DNA from: Lama guanicoe
Taxonomy: Eukaryota
Assembly (NCBI GenBank): GCA_013239625.1
Contig: MU055574.1
Span: 27,437,373-27,501,372, forward strand
Reading direction: 5' to 3'
DNA: 64,000 nt
Positions 25,521 through 37,754 of this stretch are shown piece by piece. The notes under the pieces were generated by a model. The model did not search any database. It worked only from the letters and a program-made list of their open reading frames with translations, and had not been told where the DNA came from. The position numbers and the translations under genes are program-made. Numbering within the stretch: position 1 is the first letter of the stretch; each line of letters begins with the position of its first letter.

Positions 25521-28500
25521 GTTACCAAAGTGAACAAGCTCACTTTTGATAAAAACGTACGTAACCTGCTGCTTCTCCTCCTCCGTCCGTCGACAGCCAC
25601 CTCCCTCCCCAGTTTATCCGCAGGACATGCGCTGTCTTCAAGCACAGGAGTAACGGGGCACTAGCTTCCCCACGTTCCTGCATCTGCTCCCACTTTCCTG
25701 CTCCTGGAAAACCAGCCAAGGAGACAAACAGCTCTGGAAAAGCTTGTTTGCAAAACAAGTTCACACAGGCATTACCCATAAGAGTAAAGAACTTTACATT
25801 TCAAATTTTCAAATAAATATTTTTGAAAAGGAAACATTAAAAAAGTCTATCACGTCAATGGAATATGACGCAGACCAGACGGTGCTGAGGGCAGAGAAGT
25901 GCTAACATCACAGCACAGAGCAGAAGAGTCAAGAGGCAGAGTCGTAGCTCGCAACTCTCTGAAAGTGGCGTGTGACCCACAAACATAAACTCACACACGG
26001 GGAAGTGGGGCGGACGCAGCGAGGGTGACAGGTGGGCCTGTGGACGGCCGAGCAGCAAGCTTCTCCTCCTTGTCTCTGCTTCTAAACGAGTGGCTGTTAC
26101 TTCTGAATTGGAACCAACAGTACATTTTATTTTGAAGTATAAAAATCACGTCCAGGTTTCCTTCCTCAAGGAGAGAAACTTTATTTACGAGCAAAGACCT
26201 CAGCTCCACCACCGAGGGAGAAGGCCGGGCGCTCGTGGGACCGGAGGACGTGGCCCAGCTCCCAGACACGCAGGCCCTGGCGAGAAAGCAGTGAAACGGC
26301 CCTGTGAGGGTCCTGCCGGCTGTGGGGACCCGGGGACACAAGGTCCCGCCTGCGATGGGGGTCGCAAGGTCCCGAGGGCCGTGGGGACCGGGAACATGGG
26401 CTCAGCCTTGCAGGGTCTTCCCACTCTCTGCTGAGAGCTTTTCAGACCTGGGTCTTACTTCCACAAGGCGTGAACTCACGTCACGCCCAGGCTGGCGCAG
26501 GCCTCGCACACCGTCCCAGGGAAGCCGCGTGTCCCTCCAGGCGTCTGTGGCTCTCCTACCGGGCCTCCTCTTCACGTGGGGAGAGTGGCACCCATCCTCA
26601 GAGGGCTGGGAAGGGGTCCAGCTGCACAAGACTCCCCACGACGTGGCCAAGCCCTATTATAAGGGGCAGGACACGTCCAAGCTCGTGATGAAAAAGGAGC
26701 GAACGTTCGTCTTACAATGGAAACAACTGACTTCACACAGTAGGATGACAGGTAATGTATCAAACCAGACATGTGAGGCCTTTAAAAGTCCACATTCGGA
26801 ATCAGCTGACATCAATTATTTAAACACAAATTGAATTAACAAAATATTTGACATATGTTCTCTTTAAAGTCTGCTACATCCGATGGGACACCTAGAGGCC
26901 GATCTAGGGGTCAGCCTGTGGAAAGAGGGGTGAGGCAGGGCGGGGGCAGTGAAATCCAGCCCAAGGTGGCTGAAGGCCGAGCCAGGCCTGAGCTTCCCAC
27001 TCCCAGAGGCGCGGTGATTAGCGCCGCCCTCAAACGTGCGCCCCGAGCTGACCCTGATCTCATCAAATCCTGCCGCCACCATCTGCTGTTTTCAATTCCT
27101 CTGCAATATTTGTGTTTGCTGCCTCCCTCCGACAAAGGCGGGGGCGGGGAGGGGCCTCCCCTGCCCAGGCTGCTGTTGGCTGGCTGGCTGGCTGCGCCCG
27201 GGCAGAAGGCATCTGTTGCTTGTGGTCCTGCAGCATCTGCTCCTCTTTCTCACTTTCCCCGCACGCTGTGGGGTACGGTTTCTCCCAAAGGTGGCCTTTC
27301 CACGCTCACTGTCAATCCCACCATTGTCCGCCGCCCTGTTCCCACGGTGCCCGCCTCGCTGCCGGGCTGCCGGCCTCGCCTTGCTGGCTGTCTGTAATCC
27401 AAGATATTGTGTGACTGTGTTATGCCATTAACCCTCTTCCTACGCGTCAGGACATTCAATTAAGCCCGGCAGGAGAAGCAGATTGAGAGGGAGGGCCGTC
27501 TGGTGGGAGGGACGGCCCACTCCTAGGGAGCCAGGACGTCTGTGAGGTGACGGTGACAGCGACCAGTGGGCAGTGGGAACCGCGCGAGCTCCCAGAGACA
27601 CAGAGGCGCTGTGCGACGGGCAGCTCGCTTCTCACTCACTGCTCCACCCGAAAACGTTACCGAGGTGCTCAGTTTCCCTGATTCCTGTCGCAGCTCTTAA
27701 GCCCTGACGTGAAATGCATGTGTGGCCTCTTGTTCGTGTGTCTGGGCTGAACGCCTTCTGCTGAGTGTCCCAGGCTGTCACCTTCCCCGTCTGTCTGGCA
27801 GACGCGAGCGCGTCAAGGCTTCTGCGGGGAGCTTCCCTCTAGAACGTGCTGTACGTTTGCGCAGATCGTCCTTCTTCCCCGAAGTTACTCCTTTCTCACT
27901 GTGACGTGGTCCTGAATTGTGGGTGGACAGCAGAGCCAGCAGAGGGGAAGAAGGGGGTGGCATCCCCACTGCCCACAGCAGCCCCTTCCCGGGACTCCGC
28001 CTGCCGGCCCCTCCACCGCTCTCCACCCGGTTCCCTCCTGCGGGCTGGGCGCTCCAACCAGCAGGAGGGAGGCTGTTCCAACCCAGGAGCCCCCTCGCTC
28101 TGTCCAGGGCTTTGTTTTAGGTCAGAGCACAGCCAGATCTGGGACATAAATCCTGGGCAGGACTGGATTTCCTTGAAACTAAGCCTCCAGGCCAGGGGAA
28201 GTCATTCTGGTTGGACATTCTCACACGAGTTCATTGTCTGAGTTTCACCATTTGAAAAAAAAGAAAAAAAATTTTAACGTTTCTAAGTCCTACACCACTG
28301 AGCGTCAGCTTGGTGGTTCTGGATATTCTAAACCTGTAAGCAGTAGGTCGTTGGTAGCAAGAGGGGACGTCTGTGGACCGCCTCCTGGGTGCCTGCAGCA
28401 TGTGAACCAGCGGTTCCTTTCCTTCAGGTGACAGGAGCCTCAGGGCCAGCAGCGCCGCAGAGGGGTCGGCAGCCTCGTCGGGCCCGAGCTTGCTCCTCCA

Positions 28501-30547
28501 ACCTCCGTTACCACAAACGTGGATGAAGAGATACATCCACGGAGACTGGAGAGATCCCACCAGGGCAGACGACACTCAGAGTCCTCAGACGTCGTGCCTT
28601 GGACGGTTCTGGAGCTTCTTGGATGTAGAACAAGCTGCAGAAATGCCCCTCGAGGGCCGGGAACCTACAGCTCAACGAAGCAGCCCAGCCCTTCGGCCTC
28701 GGCGTGCCGCCCTGCGTGGGCCCCTTTCCCGGAGCGGCCTCTCTCCGTGGAGCCCCCAGCCTGGCCCCAGGCGCCCAGCAGGCTAGCCGGAGGGTTTGCT
28801 TGTGCGGTGCTGTGTCCCCTCCCTAGGGGAGAGAGCGGGAAACCAGCTCTACGCGTGTGGTTGCTGACCTCACAAACCAGCGCCTGTGACCGACCGTTAC
28901 AGCGCGTCCACCCGGTTAGCACGCCACGGCCACGGGGAAGCTGAGATGAGGAGCGTTTCGGTCCCTGGGAAGGAAGCCCTTGCAGCCTGTGGGTCCTCAG
29001 AACCACCCCCCTCAACCCCCTGCTTTCCATTCTCAGTGAAACCGTGTGTCTGACACAAAAGGCAGAAGAGGAACAGCCTCCCGCGCTTGGTGAGGTGGCT
29101 GTCTCCGGTTGGCAGCGGGAGCCCCTGAGTCCTTGCCCGAGCCCTGGAGCACGAGACAGGGAGACTGCATCCTGCCCCCACACCCTGCCTTCCCCGGGCC
29201 GTGATCTGTGCACATCAGTGCCGTCCGCTCCACAGGCTCTCCTCACACACCAGGTACAGATGCGCCTCCATCAGTGAGGAGGAGGTGGGGGGGACAAGAG
29301 GCTGGCTGCCTGGGGTCCCCCAGGCCCCCTGCTCCTCTGCGAGATGGGCTGCAACATTCAGCCCTTCCCAACCTGAGCTCCGGGCCGCCCACCCAGGGCA
29401 AAAGAATGGCACGGCGGGCTGAGCCTTCAGAGACACGGACACTTCCGCCGTAGGTCCAGGAGGCATCCCCGCAGTGACCTCCCCAGCTGTCGAGACCTGG
29501 GACTTGCTCCCATGGCCCTAAACCCCGAGGGGTGGCTGCACACTGTCCCCAAGTCTGTTTCTCCTTCTGTGAGAACCGTGTGCTCTGCCCCACTCACAGG
29601 TTGCTGGGAGTGATAGCATGACGGTCCTCTTTAAACTGGAAGTCACTCTGCAGTTTTAGGCAGAATTATCAGGGGGTAACAGTCTCAGAGGTGCAGGTTC
29701 ATCACTGGGTTCCTGGAGTCTCCCCTGGGGCCTGGGAGCCTCACTACATCTACAGACAGAGTGAAAGAGTGACCAGACAGGGCCACCAGTCCACACCTGC
29801 ATTTACGGCGAGAAAACCCGAAGTAGGCACGTTCAGGGACTGACACGCATCCGGCCTCTGCGGGCCTCCCTGGTGTGGCTCCTGCGTGGCCCTCCGCAGG
29901 CGTACAGGAGTTTCGATTTGTGCAGTAATGAGGGCAGGGCTTGATCCCCACAGACAGGAACAGCCGCTGTGCAGTAGGAAACTCTGCACAGGCAATTGGG
30001 TCTCCTGTGGCCTGAGTGGGAAGCAGTGGACACCCCTGCCCTGGATGGGAGGCCCTCGGGCGGAGACGTGGCTCAGACACTTGTAACAGCAGCTGGGGGA
30101 GCTCGATGCTGAGGTTGCAATCAGCCCTGTCAGCAAACCGCAGCTCCCCAGGCCCACAGCAGCCCAGGTGCGGCCGGGACACAGGAGCAGGCACGGGCCT
30201 CGTCCGGGCGGCCTTCCAGGGGGCGGTGCTGGGGCTGCCACAGCCCTGAGGGACAGGATGCAGAGACGCAGTGAGCCCAGCTGCTGGCCTGTCTGTAAGG
30301 CTCCGTTACCTTAACCCAGGTTGAAGGTGGCAGGAAGTCTTGTTTCTGTGAACACTGGCTGCGTACTCGGGCGCACAGCAGCCCCAGGGAGGAGGAAGCA
30401 CAAGTCCAGTGGAGCTGAGATCACACAGGCAGCAGCCAATATGATGAAGGGCTGAGAGGGGAGGTCTGGCGTCCGGCCCGCTCCCCACCTTTCTTCCCCT
30501 CAGGGAGCAGGCCTCACCCTGCCCTGGCCCTGAGGCCCTGCCAAGGA

Positions 30548-31445
30548 GTCTCACCTGGAGCCAGGGGGTCTCACCTGGAGCCTGGGGGTCTCACCTGGAG
30601 CCTGAGGTCTCACCTGGAGCCTGGGGGTCTCACCTGGGGCCTGGGGTCCCACCTGGAGCCTGGGGGTCGCACCTGGGGCCGTCGGTCGCACCGGGAGNNN
30701 NNNNNNNNNNNNNNNNNNNNNNNNNNNNNNNNNNNNNNNNNNNNNNNNNNNNNNNNNNNNNNNNNNNNNNNNNNNNNNNNNNNNNNNNNNNNNNNNNNNN
30801 NNNNNNNNNNNNNNNNNNNNNNNNNNNNNNNNNNNNNNNNNNNNNNNNNNNNNNNNNNNNNNNNNNNNNNNNNNNNNNNNNNNNNNNNNNNNNNNNNNNN
30901 NNNNNNNNNNNNNNNNNNNNNNNNNNNNNNNNNNNNNNNNNNNNNNNNNNNNNNNNNNNNNNNNNNNNNNNNNNNNNNNNNNNNNNNNNNNNNNNNNNNN
31001 NNNNNNNNNNNNNNNNNNNNNNNNNNNNNNNNNNNNNNNNNNNNNNNNNNNNNNNNNNNNNNNNNNNNNNNNNNNNNNNNNNNNNNNNNNNGGTCTCACC
31101 TGGAGCCTGAGGTCTCACCTGGAGCCTGGGGGTCTCACCTGGAGCCTGAGGTCTCACCTGGAGCCTGGGATCCCACCTGGAGCCAGGGGGTCTCACCTGG
31201 AGCCTGAGGTCTCACCTGGAGCCTGAGGTCTCACCTGGAGCCAGGGGGTCTCACCTGGAACCTGGGGGTCTCACCTGGAGCCTGAGGTCTCACCTGGAGC
31301 CTGGGGGTCTCACCTGGAGCCAGGGGTTCTCACCTGGAGCCTGGGGGTCTCACCTGGAGCCTGAGGTCTCACCTGAAGCCTGGGGGTCTCACCTGGAGCC
31401 TGGGGGTCTCACCTGGAGCCTGGGATCCCACCTGGAGCCCAGGGG
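30548..31445. repeat. GC-rich minisatellite (VNTR), 19-20 bp unit GGTCTCACCTGGAGCCTG(A/GG), interrupted by a gap
   Basis: 8 units are visible left and 18 right of the N gap (30698-31091). Confidence 0.97.
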
Positions 31446-34400
31446 TTTCAGCTTTATTGGCATTCCAGGTTTCTCAGCTCCCAAGAGCCCTCCCCTCAAG
31501 ACAACCCCAGAGAGACACACACTCACACAAACAGGCTCTCTCCTCTTGTGTGATTTAGGGGTACAGCACACCCCTCCTGACCCCTGGACTCAGGTCCTCC
31601 TATTGTGGAGCCACCTGCCCCCAGGCCTCCCCCTCCCACCTTGTCCCTCCTTCTCACCTTTAAATTGCACAGATGTCTCCTCCCCTCTCCAACCCACAGA
31701 GAGGAAGGGGACGGGGATGAGGCAAAGGTGGGGAGAGGTTCTGACTCCACCACTCTGCCCGCCCTGGCCACCAGCAGTCCCCAAAGTCAGGCCAGCACAC
31801 ATGACCACGTTGCAGCGAGAGGGCCAGGCGCACAGCCCCTCTGGTGCGTGCACTCCCCCAGCTGTCCACCCGAGTGAGGGGGCTCAGGCCTGGAGGTGAC
31901 ATGGTGGATATAGTTCCTTGTGATGCAAATGGGAGATCAGAACGAACCCTGCGCGGGCCTGTGTCTCGGTCTCCCACCTTCCACTGTCCTTAGACACCCT
32001 CGGCGGGACCCGGTGGGAGGTCGATGGTCCCCATCCCAGAACACAGACACCCCTTTCTTGCTCGGGCCTGGGGAGGTACAGACCCAACCCAGACCCAGAC
32101 CCACATCTGGCCTCTAGATCAAGCTTTATTTCTCTCCTGAGAGACAGAATCCTGCATTAACACTGGGGGTGACTGAAGAGCGGGGTCCTCAGCAGCCAGG
32201 CGGGGAGCCTGGGGCAGGGTCTCACTGCGCGGTCTCCGGAAGACATCACTGCAGGAGTCCACGCTCCCGAGGATGGCTGGGCTTGGACACCTGAGGAGAC
32301 GCACTGCGACACTGAGACGTCTGTCTGTGGGGGAGGGGCTCTGTTTTGGAATCGGTGTGTTTCTCTCTTACTTTGAGAGTTGCCCACACTGGGTTTTATT
32401 AAGCAGATTCTGTTCATCTTTGCCCCCCGAGATCTGCTCTGATGGGGCTGCCACTGCCACCCAGAAGCACACGGAACCCAGAATGCATCTGCCGTGGCCC
32501 CGGAGGCAGGAGCACGCCCCTACTTAAGCAGAAACGCTGGACGCGGCCCGATGGAGGACTCCCCAACCGAAAGCCACTCATGCCAAGGCCTGGTTTGCGG
32601 TGCCATGAAGCATTCCCGTTTTCCTTAAGGGCTTTTAAGATTTATCGAAAGAAAACTAATTTCTATTTACTTAAGCACACTTTACTTTTAAGGAAACAGT
32701 TCAGAGAGTCATCATTCCAAAGGCGCGGAGACCAGCCGCTGGGAACTTGGGGGCCAACAGGTGGCGCGCAGAGGGCAGAATACTGCGTGTCCTGAACCAC
32801 AGAAGGACCCGGACACCGGGCAGGGCCGGGGTAACCTCCAGCGTCAGGTGTGTAAGTCTGCGTCTAGCCCTCAGCCAGACTTTGCACTGGGTGAGAAAAT
32901 GACAGTTTTATCCAGGATGTCCCAAGAGTGTGAAGGAAGATTATTTCATAAAGCCAGTGTTGAAGTGGAGAGACTGAGGCACAGAGGGAGGAGAGCATTC
33001 ACTTCCCAAGATCAAACGGAGACACTTCACTGGGTCGGGAGGAAATCCTGTGGTTTCCTTGAGACCCTGGGGTTTTCTTTTCTGCGTAAGATTTTTTTTT
33101 TAAATTAAGAGCCTCACACTTTCCCCACAACACCGCGGCCTGTGCTCTGACACTCTTTCCAAGCAGAGAGCCATGCAGACATTTAGGTTTGGATGTCCAG
33201 GGTAAAATGGGAAAGAAGGGAGGCTGGGAGCTCGTGGAAGATGCCAGAGCACCACCGCCTCCAGCAGGTGCCCCCCAGGAGGCAGAGCCCCGGGGGTGGG
33301 ACTGACAGTCCTCAGTCCTCAATGACGGCTCTTTGTTTCCAACAGAATTGAAATGAAGCGGGAGCCGGGTACCTCTCCCTGCTTGTTGAGGGGCCATGGG
33401 ATCCGAGGTCCGGACGCTGTCTTTGTGTCTCTCCCTTGGCTTCCTGCACCTGGGCTGCGGAGTTTGCTACCCTAGAGCGGACTCTCTCATCTGGAAGCAG
33501 TACGCTGAAGCCTAGACAGACAAACATCTGCCTGGGATAGAACCGGAGGAATACTGCGAGTCTGAGAGGTGCCGTCTCCAGGCCAATGAGCAGGGCCAGC
33601 TTCCAGGAGAAGAAGGCAGCTTCATGACGGGTGGGGGCTGCTGCCGTCCACGCCAGCTGGGGCATGCTCCCTGCACCCAGGAGCCAGCCACGGGACACAC
33701 ACCCCCTCCATTCTGGCCACATCCACAAGAACCCGAGAAAGCCTGTGGCCCTGGTCCTTGCAGCGAAAGGAGAGCGTGGGAGGGCCAGGAGACTCCCAAG
33801 GGAGCCGTGCTTCCGGAAGCCAGGAGTGGCCAGTGGGCCCAAGGGACTGGGAGACACCGGACTGCTTGCTGCTCCTCCCCAGAGAGATGCCGAGGCGTCC
33901 CTGCTGGGCTGTCTGGGAGGCACCGGGTGTCACGCACAGACTTCCATCCATCACACATGTCAGGGCCACCATACCAGGGTGCCCTCTGCAAGCACACGGG
34001 GTACTTGTCACCAGGTGAACCTCCTGGGGGCTCTGTATGAGCCCCAAGCTCAGCACCCTCGACAGGTGTCAGGGGCTCTGGGGATGAGTGAGGAGGGCCC
34101 CTTCCAAAGGAACGGCTTACACATCTCCAGGACGGAAGTCTACCTTGTGTCACCAGGAGAGGACGCTCAGGAGGCCTCGGACCGGGTGGGAGGCCAGCCC
34201 CAACACAGCCGAACTGTTCCCACTGCCTCCCACATGGGTGCCCCCGGCAGCCTGTGCACACAGGCGCCCGTGTTGCACAGCCAGCGGCTTCAGATCTGAC
34301 CCTGAGGCCACAGGGAGCAAGTCTTCCTGAAACTGGATCCCACTGGGGGCGGGTTTACTGTGGGGAGGCCAGGAGCGCCTGCCTCTCCTGTAATTCTCAC

Positions 34401-34959
34401 ACTCTGTCTGAGGAGGTATTTCCATCCCCATTTCAGACCAGGAACATGGACACACTGGCAAGCAGAGCCACGTGGGGGTCCGCTCTGCCCAGAGCTGCAG
34501 CCCAGCCCTCCAGGAGATAAAAGCAGTTGAACAAACAATCACATTTTTAAGGTGGCCTTTCTCCAGCCTTTGTCGCCATGGTGACATTGGCATCTTAATC
34601 ATTAATCAGCTGCATTGATCGGTTTAGCGTGTGCATCAGAGTAACTACCAAAATTACCACTTGACCCTAAACCGACTTTCTGGATGCCTGAATCTACGGG
34701 CCCAGGTCCACCTGCTCGTCCAGGAGCAAGTTCAATCTCAGCAGAAGATGTTTCAGACAAAAGGAAAGAAGTGAGGAGGGAAGGATTGTCAACAGTCAAA
34801 TCAGGGAAACAGCTCCCCAGTGTCCAGAGGCCTCTCCCTCGGACCATTTTCAAAGACTGCAATCAGATTGGACAGTGAGTACCCAAGGCCAGACCAGCCT
34901 GGGGTCGATGAGGGTGACCCTGGTCTCCCCCACCCTGTTTTCCTGTGAGTCTTTGGTTA

Positions 34960-35115
34960 CGAGGCACATTTAACAAATCCAGATTCTCTCTGCACCGAGG
35001 TCAATGTTGAAACCCGATTACAGTTAGGAGGAAACAGCCTGTCCAGCGACACCCAAATCACCACCTGAACCCTGAGCAGGTGGAGCCGGAGCCAGCCTGG
35101 GTTCAGACCCCGGAT
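34960..35115 (-). mobile_element. MIR-like fragment
   Basis: acacccaaatcaccac...ggtggagcc...ctgggttcagacccc resembles the antisense MIR core. Confidence 0.4.
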
Positions 35116-36019
35116 GCTGGAGCTCGGGCTCCCGTCCCCACCCCCGCCCCAGGGCTGAGTGCTGGTGCATTTCAGACCCACCCTGCACAGAGCGCCTCGG
35201 CCTGGCTCCCTGGACGTCAGGTCCACAGGCCCAGATGGAGGGACAGAGACGAATCAGCCCAACCCTAGGACCCCCGGGCCGCCAGCCTCTTCTCAGCAGC
35301 CCCACCGTCCACCGCGATGGCCTGACACCGTCCGACCTCCTGTTCTCATGGACGGATACGAAGGCATTGCGGACGGGAGAGGTCAAAGCTACATGGCTGG
35401 CGGTCTTTGGATGCAATTAAGAACCAGGAATCCAGGTTCTCTGTATGACCCTAAGAAATGTCACTCTGCCCAACTCGAAGATGTACATTCTTTGCCCAGT
35501 GTGCCCTTTGTAACACACTTCCAGATTCCTGGAGAACCACAGTATAATCTCACCCATGTTTGCTACAATCCAATTTCTTGTGCAAGGAAACCACATAATT
35601 GTGACGGCTTCCAGCCTCCCTTCCCTGGGTCTCAGCGTGAGTTCCGGGGGTGAGAAAGGCAGCAGCGGAATTGTGACCACTGTGGGGACGTCACAGGACA
35701 GCCATCACCTGTGGTGAGGACAGATCCCTGCCAGGCGGGTGCAGCCCAGGTCCAGCAGAGGAGCCAGGACAATGCTTCTGGGAAAGATGAGCGTGTGGAA
35801 ACAGTAGGACCACCCAGCCCGTGGCGAGGACGGGGCATGTCTTATAAAGAGGTGGCGAATCTTGTAAACCTGGTAGAGAAACCTGATACAGAGGCAAATT
35901 CAGTTCTTTTCATCTTCTACACTGGTTGACCACCTTCACATTCAGTCATCACCTAATGCGTTCCAGAAACGGACAAGGAACGGAGGAAAGAGATGAAAAG
36001 ACACGTCAGCCCCGCAGAA

Positions 36020-36290
36020 GTTTGCAGACTGGAGGGAAGACAGACACACAATCAAAGTCAGCTATGGGAGTGTCAGATGCTCTGATGTCCCACAGTGCTG
36101 GCCACACTGGAGGAGTGCCTTCCTAGAGGGGGCATTGTGAGCTGGGACTTGAAGGATGAATAGGAGTTTTCCATGAGGAGCACATTGTGTTCGGTGTCAC
36201 TACAGGTAGAGTGAGAGGAAGGGACAGGACAGGGGAGCGTGGTTTCATCCTGCAGTTGATGAAGGCACTGAAGAATCTGACTGAAGATGA
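36020..36290 (-). mobile_element. L2 LINE fragment
   Basis: gggaagacagacac...tgagctgggacttgaaggatgaataggagtttt is a typical antisense L2 segment. Confidence 0.65.
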
Positions 36291-37576
36291 CCCTCCCAGC
36301 ATGGTGGGTTGACTTTTACTTGGATTTTTCCATGGAAAAACAAAGCAGTTCCATGCAAATCGGCTGCGGAAGCACTGATGCTTCTAAGAAATATTCTAAA
36401 TATCACCTACTGTTTCTCAAAGTACAAACCTTTGAAACCACATTAATTTTCTGAAAATTTCTTACTTGGTTCTAATATACCTAAAATAGTAAACTACATT
36501 TTAAAAAAAATTTACATCGATCTTTTTAGCTTTTTACTAATTTATCACAGCCTTCCTCCAACTGAACAGAAATACTGAGATTAGGCTAAACTCACTCTTT
36601 GAAATGGACACTTTGTGCACATAAGAGCAGATGAGCCCCTCACCTAGAGGCCCAGACACTGGAGGGGAAGGTGTGCAGCAGAGAAGGGAGTCCCCCAGGT
36701 GCTCAGAAGAGGCTCAGAGGAGGAGGAGGCCCGCAGTCTGTGCACAGCTCCGTGCGGTGTATCCCTCGCCAACCTCCACGACCGCCAGGCATCCACCGGA
36801 GGACCTGCCCTCCCCCGGCACCACAGGCACCTTTGGGAGACGTGCCTCTTCCCACAAGGGTGAAAGCACCCTCGCGACTCCATCGGAAGACTGTCTAAGT
36901 GCACCATGACGGCAACAGGGTTCCACTGTGAAACTGTGTGCACAGCCTGGCCGTGGCCACCTACTGTGCCTCTCCCGCGGAGGAAGTCAGTCCACCAGCG
37001 TCTACTAAACCCCTGCCATCTGCCAGCATTGCGGGGAACACGCGAGCAAACGCAAAACATAACGTTAAGTCAAAACAGGCCCGTGTCTCACAGGGGGGCA
37101 GCTCCACGGCCGGGTGCGCCCCTTGCACGATGTTGGAGGGACCTGGCAGAGCTCGTGGGAGGCAGGCGGGCTTGGGTGTGAGCTGCTGTGAGTCACCCCA
37201 TCACCCAGGACAGACCCACGAGGGCCCCAAGCTCCCAGCGGCTTGCTGGCAGCTGGGCCTCAAAGCCCCTCGGGGAGTGTGTTGCAAAGACAAGGCAGGG
37301 GAAGGCTGCACCCCATGGAGCCTTGGAGGCAGTGGGCCCAGGGGCTGTAGCCGAGGGCCTGGGAGGGACCCCCATCCAGGGAAGCAGCCACAGAGGTGGG
37401 GGCTGCCCAGCCCTTCCCCAGGGGGCTCTTCACCTGCTTAGAGTTTGGTGGGCAGGGCTCTCCAAATGCTGGGTCCTCACAGCTGAAGGTGGGGCTGACC
37501 CGAGGCCCAGGATATCCAAGGGGCAATGGCTGTGGGCACGCGGAGTTCTGGGCGGGGCCATGTCTCTGGTTCTCCA

Positions 37577-37754
37577 GTCTCTCTCTGTCTGTCTGCCTCT
37601 CTGTCTTCCTCTACTTCTCTGTCTCTGTCCCTCTGTCTCTGTCTCTCTGGGTCTCTCTGTCGGTCTCTCCCGGTATCTCTGTCACTGTCTCTCTGTCTCT
37701 GTCTCTCTCTCTGTCTCTTTCTGTCTCCCTCTAGCTCTCTGTCTCTGTCTCTCT
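37577..37754. repeat. Degenerate (TCTCTG)n pyrimidine-rich simple repeat
   Basis: About 180 bp of CT/GT low complexity. Confidence 0.9.

Noticed and set aside
30548-31445. CRISPR-like array, or repeat protein (ETPRLQVRPQAPG)n
   Set aside because: Units are head-to-tail with no unique spacers, in a mammalian context; the ORFs span Ns and are translations of the minisatellite.
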